From the NCBI RefSeq assembly GCF_009914755.1, contig NC_060935.1: a stretch of 64,000 nt of DNA, one strand, 5' to 3'. This DNA comes from the human T2T-CHM13v2.0 reference genome, Homo sapiens. Both the position numbers and the translations under genes were made by a program. Shown here one piece after another: positions 1 to 13,511 of this stretch (position 1 is the first letter of the stretch; every line of letters starts with the position of its first letter). The notes under the pieces were generated by a model. The model did no database searches, was not told where the DNA came from, and saw only the letters and a list, made by a program, of their open reading frames with translations.

Positions 1-132
1 ACTGCTGGTGATCCTCCCTGTCTGACCTATCTTTACTTCTCAGCAGTTGATCCAATTAAGGACACCAGCTCTGGCCTGGTAGGGCCTTTGCTAGTCTGTA
101 AAAAGGGCGTCCTCAATGCTGATGGGACACAG
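1..132 (+). CDS. HEPHL1: HEPHL1 coding exon (probably exon 9; 5' part outside window)
   Basis: Frame 1 reads [44 protein letters not shown], a cupredoxin-domain [10 protein letters not shown] motif of the ceruloplasmin/hephaestin family; donor CAG|gtaggc at 132/133, phase 0. Confidence 0.95.
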
Positions 133-458
133 GTAGGCCATTGAGTGTCACCAGTTCTTCTCAGGGTTGTATGTGGGAGAGATCCGCAACAGAGCCAGAG
201 ACGAGACAGGAATAGTCAGTTACAAAAAGCAATTTGTCTTTCTTCCTCTTGAAGTAGATTTCTACATAATGGAGATTTTATTTGATTTTCTGGTGAAAAT
301 GTAAGATCTAAATTTATAGTTACAAATGCCCACTCAGGAACCTAGAATCTCTGCTTGTTGTGGTTAGGATTTGGCAGGCCTCTTTTTCTGTGTGCTGCTT
401 TTATTACAGAATCTTTAGAGATCCACATGGAATGCTAATTGGAATTATTCTTCTTGGA

Positions 459-580
459 CAAGGTTTCTCAAATCAAAATTACTTGGGGACCATTTAAACA
501 TCCATTATTCAGATACTACAGACTAATTAAATCAGAATCTCCAGATGATTCCAATGTGCAGCCAACGTTGAGAACCACTG
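459..580. mobile_element. MER5-like hAT MITE fragment
   Basis: caaggtttctcaaa...aaatcagaatct...gatgattccaatgtgcagccaacgttgagaaccactg ends. Confidence 0.6.
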
Positions 581-1714
581 TGACCCACAACTGTAAAATG
601 AAAGTTAATCACTATGGCTGAAGGAAAAAGAAAGCATTTAGATAACTTCTTGCAAGTCCCAACTTAGAGATTTGAATTGTTCAACTGATTAGTGTAGCGA
701 AGCATAGCCTTTCAAGCTATGTCTACATGATATTAAACATATTAATGAAAAGAGAAAAACAGTCATTTAAGCATCTATTTTACCAATCAGAAATAGCAAG
801 GACATTTATTTAAATGGTATATTTTATAATTTTTGGCATTGTGTGGCTCCACTTCTGGACTCAAAGGAATTTCCAGATTTAAAAAACACAAAATATCTTG
901 ATCCTATTTGGATTTTCCTTTCTCTACATGAAGGAACAATCCCGGAAATGTCTATTGCATGTGTTATAAGACTGAATGTTTATGCTGTGCCTCAACAAGC
1001 ACACAAGGCAAAGCGGAATGATTATTCATATTTTAAAGCTGAAGAAACTAAGGCTCAGAGACATTGAGTAGAATTCCAGGAAATACACCTAGTAAGTAGT
1101 GAAAGTTGGCAGTAAAACACAGGACCTTGAACATCCAACTTTGTCCTTTTCCAATGCATCCTCTTGCTTCCTCGCAGCTAAATACCTAAGCCAAGGAGAT
1201 GTAGTGCCAGAAAATGTTTGAAAGGTAGTGCTAATTTTGCCCCCGCTGTGTCCGTTTAATGGTACCTTTGAGGTTTGCTAGAAGCACCTCATAGTCTGTG
1301 GGAATTGTTGCCTAAGCCAAATACTATTCATGGTCAGTCCACTTACACAAAATTCATGAAAAAAAAAAAGTACCCTGAAACATCCTATACCTATAACTTG
1401 GCTGAGAGAGAAAACCATTTGGCCAGATGGAAAGGTATGTTCAATTCAAGAGTTACTTATGAAATACCTGCTATGTGCCAGGCCCTCTATAAGCAAAATG
1501 GTCAGTCTTCTTCTAGGCAGGTGGAGAGATGAAAATGGGAATAAGTGTTTGCGTCTCTTTCCAGTAAATTGTCATAAATTCTCCCAGTGGTGAATGGTCA
1601 GGTACAGAATGTCATTTACTAACACCCCTAGTCCTCCACACTAACCATTCAGTCAAACTCCCTACTCCCATTCTGTTTCTCTCTTTGAATCCACCTCTCT
1701 ATAGATCTCACACT

Positions 1715-2100
1715 TTTTTGGAAATAATCTGACTTATGAAAAAGTAGAAAAAATTTACAAAGAATCTTCATGTACCCTTCACCCAGATTCATCAACATTT
1801 GATCTCATTTGCTTTATTATTATCTCTCTTTGTTTTTATGGGTTATTTTTCTGAACTGTTTGAGAGTAGGTTGTAGACATAATGTCTTTCAGTGTGTGTT
1901 TCCTAAAAACAAGGACCCTCTCTGACATAAACAAAGTAAAATTATCTGAGTCAGAAAATTAACGTTGACATTATCAAATCTACATACATTTTAAAATTTT
2001 GCCGATTGTCTCATTGATGTTCTTTATAGCAAAAGAAAAACATGTTTTTCCTGGTCCTGGGTCTGATCTAGGATCATGCATTGCATTGAGCTGTCTCCTC
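1715..2100 (-). mobile_element. Old L1 (L1MC4-like) 3' end fragment
   Basis: tacccttcacccagattc, ctgaactgtttgagagtaggttgtagacat and cctaaaaacaaggac motifs. Confidence 0.6.
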
Positions 2101-2119
2101 TTTCCCCCATGATTAATTT

Positions 2120-2340
2120 CTTTAAATTTTTTTTATTTTTAATTTTTGTGGGTACATAGAACTTGTATATATTTATGGAGTACACGAGATGTTTTGGTAC
2201 AGGCATGCAATGCATAATAACCACATCATGGAGAATGGGGTATTCATCCCCTCAAGCATTTATCCTTTGTGTTACAAATAATCCATTTATATTCTTTTAG
2301 TTATTTTCAAATGTACAATTAAGGTGACTATAGTCACCCT
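2120..2340 (-). mobile_element. Short 5'-truncated L1MA-type 3' end with intact 15-bp TSD
   Basis: Poly-T then ttttgtgggtacatag...cctcaagcatttatcc; flanked by ccccatgattaattt at 2105-2119 and 2341-2355. Confidence 0.8.
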
Positions 2341-2364
2341 CCCCATGATTAATTTTATCACAGG

Positions 2365-2900
2365 GCACCAGGCATGATTTTTCTAAAGTGCAAATGAGAT
2401 CAAGTCACTTTCCTGTTCAACACTTCCAGTGGTTTCCTGTCACACTTAAAACAAAAATCAACACTATTTAGACATGCCCCAGCCTCTTGTTCCCACAAGT
2501 GGGCACCACGCTCCCTCATGCCCACTTATGCTCCATCCACATTCTGTTCCTCTCTCAGGCCAAGCTTGTCTTTGGCTTTGGGCCTCTGTACCAGGCTCCT
2601 TATGCCTGGAATGTCATCCCCTGACCTTTGCGTGGCTAGTTCTTCTTGTCACTCCTCAGAGAAGCCTTCTCTGATCACCAGGCTAAGGTCACTTTCTTTT
2701 ATATCACCTGATTTTACTATCACTTACCACCATAAGACAGTTTCCTTGTTTATTTATTTGCTTATGTGTATAGTATGTTTCCTCCTACAAGAAGATAAGT
2801 GCAATGGAGCAAGGACCTTGCCTATCTTATCTTCCTTTCCCAGAACAATGCATGGCACATTGTTGACATTCAACAAATATTTCTGGTTGGATAAATGCAA
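2365..2900 (+). mobile_element. L2 3' fragment
   Basis: gatcaagtcactttcctgttcaacacttccagtgg, tgcctggaatgtc and ccagaacaatgcatggcacat...caacaaatattt L2 motifs. Confidence 0.65.
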
Positions 2901-3193
2901 TACAGGGTAAGTACTCTTATCCCCAAGGTTAAGAAGTTTAGTTAGCAGAAAATGCCATATTACACACATCTTAAACATTGTGTGGCCTGCAAACAAACAC
3001 TGAAAATTCCAGTGCAACCTCATTTAGAAAACTCATTTTCCTTATCCACATTTCAATACTCAGAGTTGTGTAATGGGTTATGGTTTAGACCTCTCACCTT
3101 TCTTCCCTGCTGCTGTGGGAGCCTACTATGTACTAACATATACTGTTCACAAAATAGCTGTGTGCTGCAGACACCAGCCACTACTCAGATGTT

Positions 3194-3195
<2 letters not shown>

Positions 3196-3235
<40 letters not shown>
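3196..3235. repeat. (AT)20 microsatellite
   Basis: Pure dinucleotide run. Confidence 0.97.
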
Positions 3236-3237
<2 letters not shown>

Positions 3238-3703
3238 AGAAAGAGACACACAGAGAGATATTTATTATGAGGAATTGGCTCATATGATTATGGAGACTGA
3301 TAGATCTCAGCACCTGCAGGCTGAGTCAACAGGCAGAAGACCCAGGAGAGCCAATGGGGTGGCTCCAGTTAGAAAGCTGACAGGCTCGAGAACCAGGAAG
3401 AGCCAACATTTTAGTTTAAGCATGAAGGCAAAAAGAAGCCAATGTCCTAGTTCAAGGACAGTCAGGTGGGAGAAATTCCCTCTTATTTAGAGGAAGGTGA
3501 GCCTTTTGGTTCTTTCTATTCAGGCCTTCAACCAATTGGATGGGGTACACTCATGTCGGGAAGTACAATCAGTTTTATTCAGTCTACTGATTCAATTGTT
3601 AATCTCATCCAAAAACATCCTTTCAGAAACACCCAGGATAATGTGTGAGCAAAAATCTGGGCACACTGTGGCCCAGTTAAGTTATTCATAAATTCACCAT
3701 CAC
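3236..3703 (-). mobile_element. MLT2-family (ERVL) LTR
   Basis: ggaattggctcatatgattatggagactga ... ctgattcaattgttaatctcatccaaaaacatcc ... ctgtggcccagttaagtt..cataaattcaccatcac. Confidence 0.75.
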
Positions 3704-3859
3704 TCAGGGTTCTGTCACCTTCCTTCTAATGTTTTCTTGGGCTAACTTCCCACCCTCATTAAACCCAGTTACCCTCCAAATACCTGTCAAGCAATGAGGT
3801 TCTTCAATGCAACTCCTTTCAATTGTTCATTCTTCTACTATGGATGATTGCAGTCTCAC

Positions 3860-4095
3860 CTAATAATAACAGCACTGAGTGCTTAATATTTGTCAGTTGT
3901 TGCGTTGAGTGCTTTAGCTAAGTCATCTCATTTAATCTTCACAAAAAACATGATGTGGGGACTCCTATTACCCTCACGTTGCAAGTGAGGGAATTAGGGC
4001 TTAGAGAGGATAAATCACTTGCTCCAGGCTTCACAGTGGGTGAACAGAAGAATAGCATTAGAACCTAGGTTTTTCTGTTCACATAGCCCATGATC
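3860..4095 (-). mobile_element. MIR
   Basis: catctcatttaatcttcac ... gtgagggaattagggcttagagaggataaatcacttgc core. Confidence 0.65.
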
Positions 4096-4675
4096 TTTTA
4101 AAATATATTTTGATCCTTTATGTTCTTCCAATTTTTAATATTTTATTCTGAAAAATTTCAAGTCTTCATTGTTTTCTTCTGTAGCTCAAGCTTTTATACC
4201 ACTGCCTTCTAAAGCATCATGTAATTAAGGAAATAACTATATATAAGGAATAGTAGGAGCAAGGAGTACTCACCTCATTGATGAGGAGTTAGGAAAGCAT
4301 CACAGAAGTGGGCAGCTAAGCAGAACCATGAGGTTGCTTAGTGGTTTGCAAGAGAAAAGAGTGGCAGACTATCAAAGCTGAGGGAATACATGCATGAAGG
4401 ACAGAGGGATGCAGAACACAGCAAGTGCAGAGGGTGACAAGGAGCTTGGCCTTGCTTCAAAGTGCCAGGAGGAAAGAGTCAAGAGATGAGGCTGAACAGG
4501 TAGGCAGGAACCGGAATACCATTAGATGAGACTGTATTGTCCAACATAAGGAGAGAGATATGGTCAGATGACATTGCTGAGGGTCCCTCCAGAGCATGCA
4601 GCAGGATGAAGGTGGCTTGGGTGGGGAGCATGTTAGAGACAGGAAAGCATTGAGGGATAGAAAGGATGGTCACCT

Positions 4676-6229
4676 CCATTCTTCACAGAATTAGAAACAA
4701 CAACTTTAAAATTCATATGGAACCAAAAAGGAGCCCATATAGCCAAGGCAATCCTAAGCAAAAGGAACAAAGCTAGAAGCATCATACTACCCGACTTCAA
4801 ACTATACAACAAGGCTACAGTAACCAAAACAGCATTGTACTGATACAAAGTCAGACACATAGAGCAATTGAGCAAAATAGAGAACTCAGAAATAAGACAG
4901 CACATCTACAACCATCTGATCTTTGACAAGCCTGACAAAAACAAACAGTGGGGAAAGGATTCCCTATTTAATAAGTGATGCTGGGAGAACTGGCTAGCCA
5001 TATGCAGAAAATTGAAACTGGACCCCCTTCCTTACACCTTATACAAAAATTAACTCAAGATGGATTAAAGACTTATGTGTAAAACCCAAAACTATAAAAA
5101 CCCTAGAAGAAAATCTAGGCAATACCATTCAGGCCATAGGCACAGGCAAAGATTTCATGATGAAAATGTCAAAAGCAATTGCAACAAAAGCAAAGTGTGA
5201 CAAATGGGTTCTAATTAAACTAAAGAGCTTCTGCACAGCAAAATAAACCATCATCAGAGTGAACAGACAACCTGGAGAGTTGGAGGACATCTTTGCAATC
5301 TATCCATCTGATGAAGGTCTAATATCCAGAATCTACAAGGAACTTAAACAAATTTACAAGAAAAAAAACTCATTAAAAAGTGGGCAAAAGACGTGAACAG
5401 ACACTTCTCAAAAGAAGACATCTATGCAGCCAATAAACCTATGAAAAGAAGCTCAACTTAACTGATCATTAGAGAAATGCAAATGAAAACCACAATGAGA
5501 TACCATCTCACGCTATTCAGAATGGCAATTATTAAAAAGTCGAGAAATGGCAGATGCTGGCAAGGCTGTGGAGAAATAGGAACACTTTTACACTGTTGGT
5601 GGGAATGTAAATTAGTTCAACCATTGTGGAAGACAGTATGGTGATTCCTCAAAGACCTAGAACCAGAAATACCATTTGACCCAGCAGTTCCATTACTGGG
5701 CATACACCAAAAGGAATATAAATCATTCTATCACAAAGATACATGCATGTATGTGTTCATTGCAGCACTACTCACAACAGCAAAGACATGGAATCAACTG
5801 AAAAGCCCATGTCTTTTGACAGGCTGGATAAACAAATTGTGGTACACGTACACCATGGAATATCATGCAGCCATAAAAACGAATGAGATCATGTCCTTTG
5901 CAGGGACATGGATGGCACTTGAAGCCATTATCTTCGGCAAACTAAAGCAGGAACAGGAAACCAAACAATGCATGTTCTCACTTATAAGTGGGAGCTGAAC
6001 AATGAGAACACATGGACACAGGGAGGGGAACAACACACACTGCGGCTTGTGGTGGTAGGGGTGGAGGGAGGAAGAGCATCAAGATAAATAGCTAATGCAT
6101 GCTGTGCTTAATACCTAGGTGACAGGTTGATAGGTGTAGCAAACCACCATGGCACATGTTTACCTATGTAACAAATCTGCACAGACTGCACCTGTATCCC
6201 AAAATTTTAAATTAAATTGAAAAGAAAAC
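4676..6229 (+). mobile_element. 5'-truncated L1PA (older, roughly L1PA10-13) ORF2 C-terminus + 3' UTR
   Basis: ttcacagaattagaa...ttcatatggaaccaaaa; ORF2 tail FIAALLTTAKTWNQ; 3' UTR gctaatgcatgc...aatacctaggtg; degenerate TSD atggtcacctc / atagtcatctc. Confidence 0.9.
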
Positions 6230-6404
6230 ATAGTCATCTCTCTGGTCAGTTCTAAAGGAAAGCATACTGCAGCGATCTGTGATGCTGTGTGATCAGATAG
6301 GCTCAAATAGACTGATTAGGAATACATGCTGTGGGAAGTCATATCCATTGTCCCCTCACTATCCACTCAAGTTAACATAATTTAGCTAAGTCTCGTCAGT
6401 TATA

Positions 6405-6860
6405 TGAATTCATTATTTCACTCAAAAATGTATACTTGATGCCTGCTTTTCCAGGCATTTTTCTTGGTGATGCAGGTACAGAGAGGAATCCAAAGTGTTC
6501 CTATCCTCATGAAACTCACATTGCAGTAGGAAAAAGTTAAAAAAAATAACTTCATAAATAAAATAGTTTCAGGTGGAGATAAGTGCTATGAAGAATAAAA
6601 TAGGGTAAAGTGAGTGAGTTTCTGGGCAGAAGATGGAGATAAGTTTAGAAGGATGGTTAGGGAAGACCACTCTGAGGAAATGACATGCAGAAAAGTGAAT
6701 TGAGGAAGGGAGTTCTTCAATTCATGTTCCACAACACATGGAAAGACCCTGAGGCAGGAATGAGGTTGGTGTGTTCGTGGAAGGGCAAAAGGCCAGGGTG
6801 TCTGGAGCAAGCTAGGAGGTGAGTACAGGGAAATGAAGTCAGAGAGAGAAGCTGGGCCAG
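6405..6860 (-). mobile_element. L2 fragment
   Basis: attcattatttcactcaaaaatg, ccaggcatt, ataagtgctatgaag and gaccctgaggcaggaatgag motifs. Confidence 0.65.
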
Positions 6861-7176
6861 GGCTGGCAGGTCAGGGTAAGGAGAAAAAGTCCTTGAGGAC
6901 CAGCCTGGCAACAGAGGCCAAAAGAGTAGAAAGCCTTCTAAGCAGGGGCTGATTTCCTTGGAGGACGGATGTAACAAGAAAGACAAATTTTCTGAGTGGG
7001 GAATAAATTCATCAGAGCAACATTCAGTATCTTTATTTAAAAATGACCTGCGAACTCTTGGGCTGATGTTGATCTGCCCTGACTTATTAATATTTTGTGT
7101 GAACTTTGAAGGAAAGCAATTCTGTGAATTCCTCCAAGCTGTACCTTTTATGTATTCATTTCTTTCTTCTCTGTAG

Positions 7177-7327
7177 AAAGGAATAGACAAGGAGTTTTAC
7201 CTACTGTTCACAGTCTTTGATGAGAATCTGAGCAGATATTTTGATGAAAACATTCAGAAGTTTATCTGGCATCCCTTCAGCATTGACAAAGAAGATAAAG
7301 AGTTTGTGAAATCCAACCGAATGCATG
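7177..7327 (+). CDS. HEPHL1: HEPHL1 exon 10
   Basis: Acceptor tctttcttctctgtag; KGIDKEFYLLFTVFDENLSRYF...SNRMH; donor G|gtatga; 151 nt, phase 0->1. Confidence 0.95.
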
Positions 7328-7573
7328 GTATGACAAATGACATTCCCGCCTGTAAATGAAAGGCTGACTTGCATTAGAAGTGAAAATGATTGGTGTGTTT
7401 GAATTATATTAATTTTGGTTTCTTGGATATTGTTCTTGGTCATGAGTAAGTTATTTCATGCCTTCAGCTTTAGATGGTATGGTGAAACCTCCCTATCTCT
7501 CAGAGATGTGAAATTTAATACTTCTAGAGCACTTTATCAGCCTTAGATGAAGGAACACAAATTTTAAACTAGC

Positions 7574-7860
7574 GGCCAGGCACAGTGGCTAACACCTGTA
7601 ATCCCAGCACTTTGGGAGGCTGAGGTGGGCAGATCACGAGGTCAGGAGACCAGCCTGGCCAATATGGTGAAACCCCGTCTCTACTAAAAATACAAAACTT
7701 AGCTGGGCATGGTGGTGCGTGCCTATATTCCCAGCTACTCAGGAGGCTGAGGCAGGAGAATTGCTTGAACCCGGAGGTGGAGGTTGCAGTGAGCCAAGTT
7801 CGTGCCACTGCACAGCCTGGGCGACAGAGTGAGACTCCGTCTAAAAAAAAAAAAAAAAAA
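7574..7860 (+). mobile_element. AluS
   Basis: Dimeric Alu with A tail; TSD tttaaactagc on both sides. Confidence 0.95.
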
Positions 7861-8727
7861 TTTAAACTAGCCAAGTTCACAGTATATCATAAATGTAGAA
7901 AATTACTGACAAACTACTCTCCCTTGGGTTCACAATAACATTAAGTCTGAAAACCAAAGTGACAATAGGAGATAATCATTACATAGCAAAGTGTCTATAA
8001 TTAAGTAGTATGAATGATTTAATTAAGTAGTATGAGTGACTGGTGAATGTTAATTTGTGAAACACTAGCTGTTCCTATCCCAGATCTTCATTTGAGAGGA
8101 ATTACTTAATTCTCTCTCCCTGTCTCTTTGTATCAAGTGTTACAATAGCAAACCACCTGCTAATTGCTTGTGAGTAACACAGGATGTCATTACTCTTAGG
8201 CATATTACCTAAGGTAGCAGAGTAATGAGAGTCCAAACTCAATGCCTGCAAGAGTGTGCAGTCAATAAAAGTGCCCGAAGCAAGTAACGTAAGACAACAG
8301 GTGCTAACCTGCTTGTTTTAGGACCCAGCATAAAATCTATTTATTGCCTTTTAAAGCATTATGGAAGAATAACAAAATAGCCCTTAACCTCCCTTCCTTG
8401 CATGGAAGTAAAAAATAGTCCAAGGTTACAAGTGCCCCATGGCAACCAGGTCACAGACCCTATGGTCCCAGATGCTCATTTCCAACAGAGTCCCCTCTTG
8501 TGCCAATGGAAAGCACGGAGTAGTACATTTTCAGTGTCATCTTCTACAAAAGGTTTTGCTGTAACTGAATATGAATATTGTTTCCAAACTTCTTAGTAGA
8601 CAATATAAAGGGGAAATTAAGGTGGAAATAAGGAAATATAGCAGTTTCTTGGTGGAGAAACTAAATTGTAAAAGAAATTTATCATCAAAGAGGTTGGTCT
8701 TCATTTAAAAAGATAATAAACAACTGA

Positions 8728-9134
<407 letters not shown>

Positions 9135-9659
9135 ATATAAATACAGGATATATCATTGTTAAAACAAAGTTCAAGGCAAATAATGCATCTTAATTCAAAT
9201 GTCACATTAATTATAAACTAAGTTCTAGCTTCAGTCTTGCTTGCAGGGAGTGGAAGGAAGACAGCAACAAAGCCAAAAAGAAAGGGCCTGACATGGTGCA
9301 CAATGCTTTGTGTTGTGTTTATTATATAGTCTGTATTCAAAATATGTTTATTGAAAGAAAGAATGGATGAGTGACTGTTGTAGAAAGAGAGGCTTTAAAC
9401 AAGCATTCCAAGGCAAGAGAAGATTCTCTACCAGCCAGCCAAGGACTGAATTTATTAGCACCTTGATTTATACTCAGATTTCATTAACATTTGATGGACA
9501 AGATTTAGATCATTTATTTGCAAAGACATTATCAAAGATTTTTTTTTCATAAAATGTGGTGTCCTTCTCAGAAGTGCCAGAATTTCTTGGAATTTCTACC
9601 AATAATCCCAGATCTGAGTACAATTACCAAGCACCACTGGTTTTGCAGACACAGAAATA

Positions 9660-9739
9660 TTAGGATAGTACAAAAGTAATTGCGGTTTTTGCAATTACTT
9701 TCAATGGCAAAAACTGCAATCACTTTTGCACCAACCTAA
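9660..9739. mobile_element. MADE1 (Hsmar1-derived 80-bp mariner MITE)
   Basis: ttaggatagtacaaaagtaattgcggtttttgc-aattactttcaat-ggcaaaaactgcaatcacttttgcaccaacctaa: two Hsmar1 TIRs in inverted orientation. Confidence 0.92.
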
Positions 9740-10733
9740 CAAAAAGTAATTTTATTTGACAATGGGATTATAACAGAAGGTCACTCATGTGCATGATAAT
9801 AGTTCCTTCCTGCTATAGGCTTAGTAGAGAGCAGGAGGGGGGTAGAAATATTTATTTCTCCAAGAAACATCAAGCATGAGACACAATTATGTGCATTTAC
9901 CAGTCAGACATTGCGTTATATCATGGCTTTCATCCCCATGGGGTGAGAATGCGGTTTCTAAATTCTTGTCAAGGCACTTTTTCAGATAGCCACTATCAAT
10001 GGATTGGGGTTGATGTCAAAGATAAAAACAATTTGCCACTCTGGAAGCACAGAGGGTCTTCATATCTAACTAATCATTATTTATTAATAAAGTCCCTCCA
10101 GTAATTGTACTGGGGTAAGGAAGTACGAGTTATCATAAAGCAAATTTATTTACTCAAAGACTAACCTCATATAAGCTTAAGTACCCCCTAAAAAACAATC
10201 CTTCTCCACTAACTGCATATGCACATATACTGTCAATTGATTTAAAAATCTTTCAAATAATGCTGAATCCATGTAATCAGTAAAAGCATGTCTGATAACT
10301 TCTAGAATCAAATGCAAAGCCCACTGGCAAATGAGGGTCTTGTAGAATTCAATGAATTAATAACTGAGGAAGAGACATTTAACAAGGGAGATCATAGGAA
10401 AATAACCACAAAAGAAAAAGATTTTCATATCGAGAGCCTTAGAGAAGAGTATGGGGAAATTATTTCATAAACAATCTGATTTATCCCTTAGTCATTCTTA
10501 GAATTAGTGTCCTTGCATATGTGTTGTTAAAGATAACATTTAAATAATTTCCTTATATTTTCATTATTCATTGTTAATTTTGGTCTCCATTTTAAGTGGA
10601 TTCACCATGTGGCTTTTCCCTGGTACTGTTTATTCTCTGAAAACAAGGATCTTTTGTAAACAGTTTACATATTTGAAGCTCCCCTGCCCCATACACACTG
10701 ATAATTTTTCACCGTCTTTCTTCTTCCATTTAG

Positions 10734-10946
10734 CTGTTAACGGCTACATGTATGGCAACCAGCCAGGCTTAAACATGTGTAAAAGGGATAGAGTTTCCTG
10801 GCATCTGATTGGATTGGGCACTGACACTGACATGCATGGAATTGTTTTTCAAGGGAACACCATCCACCTACGAGGGACTCACCGAGACTCCCTGGCCCTG
10901 TTTCCCCACATGGCCACAACAGCATTCATGCAGCCAGACCATGCAG
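10734..10946 (+). CDS. HEPHL1: HEPHL1 exon 11
   Basis: Acceptor ttccatttag; AVNGYMYGNQPGLNMC...DMHGIVFQGN...QPDHA (His ligand of the domain-4 type-1 Cu site); donor CAG|gtaaac; 213 nt, phase 1->1. Confidence 0.95.
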
Positions 10947-13511
10947 GTAAACTTGCTGGGTCCATCTCAGGTGACCAGATTTCTACCTTCAGGCTCATCC
11001 TCTTAGAGTTCTCCCACAGAAGAAATTGGTAGACTTTGTGCACTTCAAGTGGTGTAGAAATAGATATAGTCTTGATTAGAATCAGAGAATCCTGACTTAT
11101 TAGTCCAAACACATAGTATAAGGGACAAAGGGGAAATATCTAAAATAGCATCCACAAAACAGAAGTGGGAGCCTTCTAAAGTCTTTGGTGCATAAATCCT
11201 AGGAGAATGTTTTTGATTCACAGTCCATAAAAATTCAGCCCTGATAAAGTGGATATGTTTTGCTCTCATTGAGCATGAACATAATTTCAGTTGCTTCTCT
11301 GAAGCATCTACCAGGCATGGACATCCCAGTGGATGCTTCCAGATTACAGATGTAGCCATAACTGCAGCCTGGTCTCTCTTCTGTAGGTACTGATAACAGC
11401 CTTTTGATTGGGGGAATTCTCTGTTTTCATTCTGTTGGGCACCCTTGGTTTCCCAACAGGGCAAGCTGCATTGGATCTGGAATTTATGGAGACCCCTGTA
11501 TAATGCCAGTACCTGGAACTTCTTCTCTTAGAGATTCCAAGCTAATGAGATAATTGGGGCGTTTTCATAAAAGATCTAGAGCAACACGTGGTAGCACATG
11601 CTAATCACTGCATGAAAAGTGAGGAGAACAAGCCCTATAGACATTGAACATGTTTTTCCAAACCAATTTTTTCATCAGTCTTAACAAGAAACCAATATGC
11701 TACCTAAGATGAGTACTTGCTGTTTACTAATGGATGTTCTACTTCTTTGCTTTCCACTGGAACTGCAGTTTAGATGTCTCTGTGTCATCAATTAAGAACT
11801 TGAGGCTTGGGCTTCAAAATCTTTGCCTAAGGACTGCCTGAGACTAGGAGCTCCATAGTCTTTTCTATGTGAACTTTTCCTAGTGTCCAGTCTCTGTACA
11901 TTAGTATAGTTGATCAATTATGAATTACTCAAATCAAGAGATGCCTTGGACACAACTTTTTTTTTTAATACGCTCTTCAAGACCAAAGAGAGGAGGGGAT
12001 TGGGAAATAGCCAAATCATTTTAATTCATAGAAATAGGCACTCAAAGTTAGAGCTGCCCAGAATAATTTTAGAAATGGAGCTACTTATTCTAGTGCTTTG
12101 ATCATTACTCCATGTGTCCTATACATTTCTAAAGAGCTTCACAACAGTGTTTTCCAGTTTATGTTTGGTGATAAGCATAAATCTGTGACTGCTTAAAAGC
12201 TTAGTCATTTCACCAATTCCTGTCCCTTACCTATAAGTCAAGAAGGAGGGTGCTCAAGAGTGGGTAGAGTAGACTATATGCTGCAACTCAAACATTTCCA
12301 TGTTCTTCTATTATTATTATCATTATTATTAGTTTTGTTTTCTTCTTCATGCTACCTTGTCTAAGATCCTCTTTGTTCTTAGAGGAGACAATTCCTCAAC
12401 TATTGAAGTGCCATGATCAATACATAAAAAATAGGCTGCCTGGAAAAAACAAATGTAGGGGACAGTCTTTCCAAGTCTGTCTTCAAAGGTATCTTCTCTG
12501 TGGTTTCATATAAAGACCCTTCCTCATGTGTCCTCATCAGTGCCTGGGTGTGCTTGGTACCCATTGAATCAACCCATTGAATTTTTGCTCATCTAAAAGG
12601 AGTAACTAGGCGATGTTTAGACAACAGAGTTACATGTATAGCAAGATAGAGGATACCTCTGTACATTGTAGAAGGTTAATGAAAGGTACACTCATCCCTC
12701 ACCTCTAAAAACAGAGGCTACTAGAGAAAGGGGAGAAAGATTTATTGATCCAATATTTTCATTGAGAGTTAATATCTTCAATAATTTTATCTGTCTTATG
12801 TGATTTTATGGTGAGTTAAGAAATATCTATCTGATGCCAATGCATCTAGAAAATTCAATCTAAAAATTACATAATTTTTGACAGACAGGATTGTCAGTAT
12901 TATGTAGAAAAATCTAATTGATTGTTTTTCTGTTTTCTGTTTCCTTTTCATTTAGCATAATGTAGACCTATCATTGGAAATGAGAAACTTCTTTGCTCAA
13001 GGGCTTAATGAAGTAATACATTTGGCTTTAATAATAATAACACTTACATATTTATTGCACTTTAGAATTTATGAAATCCTTTAGGGCAAAATACTCATCA
13101 GAAATATGGCTTAATTTGAACCTTGTCTAGGATAATCATCTTACAGGTAATTAGTTCTTTTTAAACTGGGCTGGACTAAGACAGTCATTGGTGATTTTCC
13201 AGGACAGACTGTCTCCTAATAGGTGTGAATTATATGGGAGACCCAGAAAAGTCATTTCTTGGTAGCAATATTGTAAGTTTCTTTTTTTATAACAAATGAA
13301 TTTTGGACAGTATCTTTCTCTCCACAGAAGTAAATATATTCAAAGTAATCTATACCCCCTGGGGTCTGATTTTAAACTACTAGACAACTGGTATTTTAAA
13401 AATCCACCTAACTGGTTATTTTGTAATAAAATATGCAGGTTTGCTAAAAACAGACCATCACCAACAAAAATACCGAGCACCACACTCAATGCCGAGCCAT
13501 TTCTCTTGCAG

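Noticed and set aside
7998-8039. 22-bp tandem duplication taattaagtagtatga(a/g)tga (and a 13-bp one near 12560)
   Set aside because: Ordinary slippage duplication with no further structure.
11045-11464. 139-aa minus-strand ORF in HEPHL1 intron 11
   Set aside because: Non-ATG start, no recognisable homology or splice/poly(A) context; within chance expectation.
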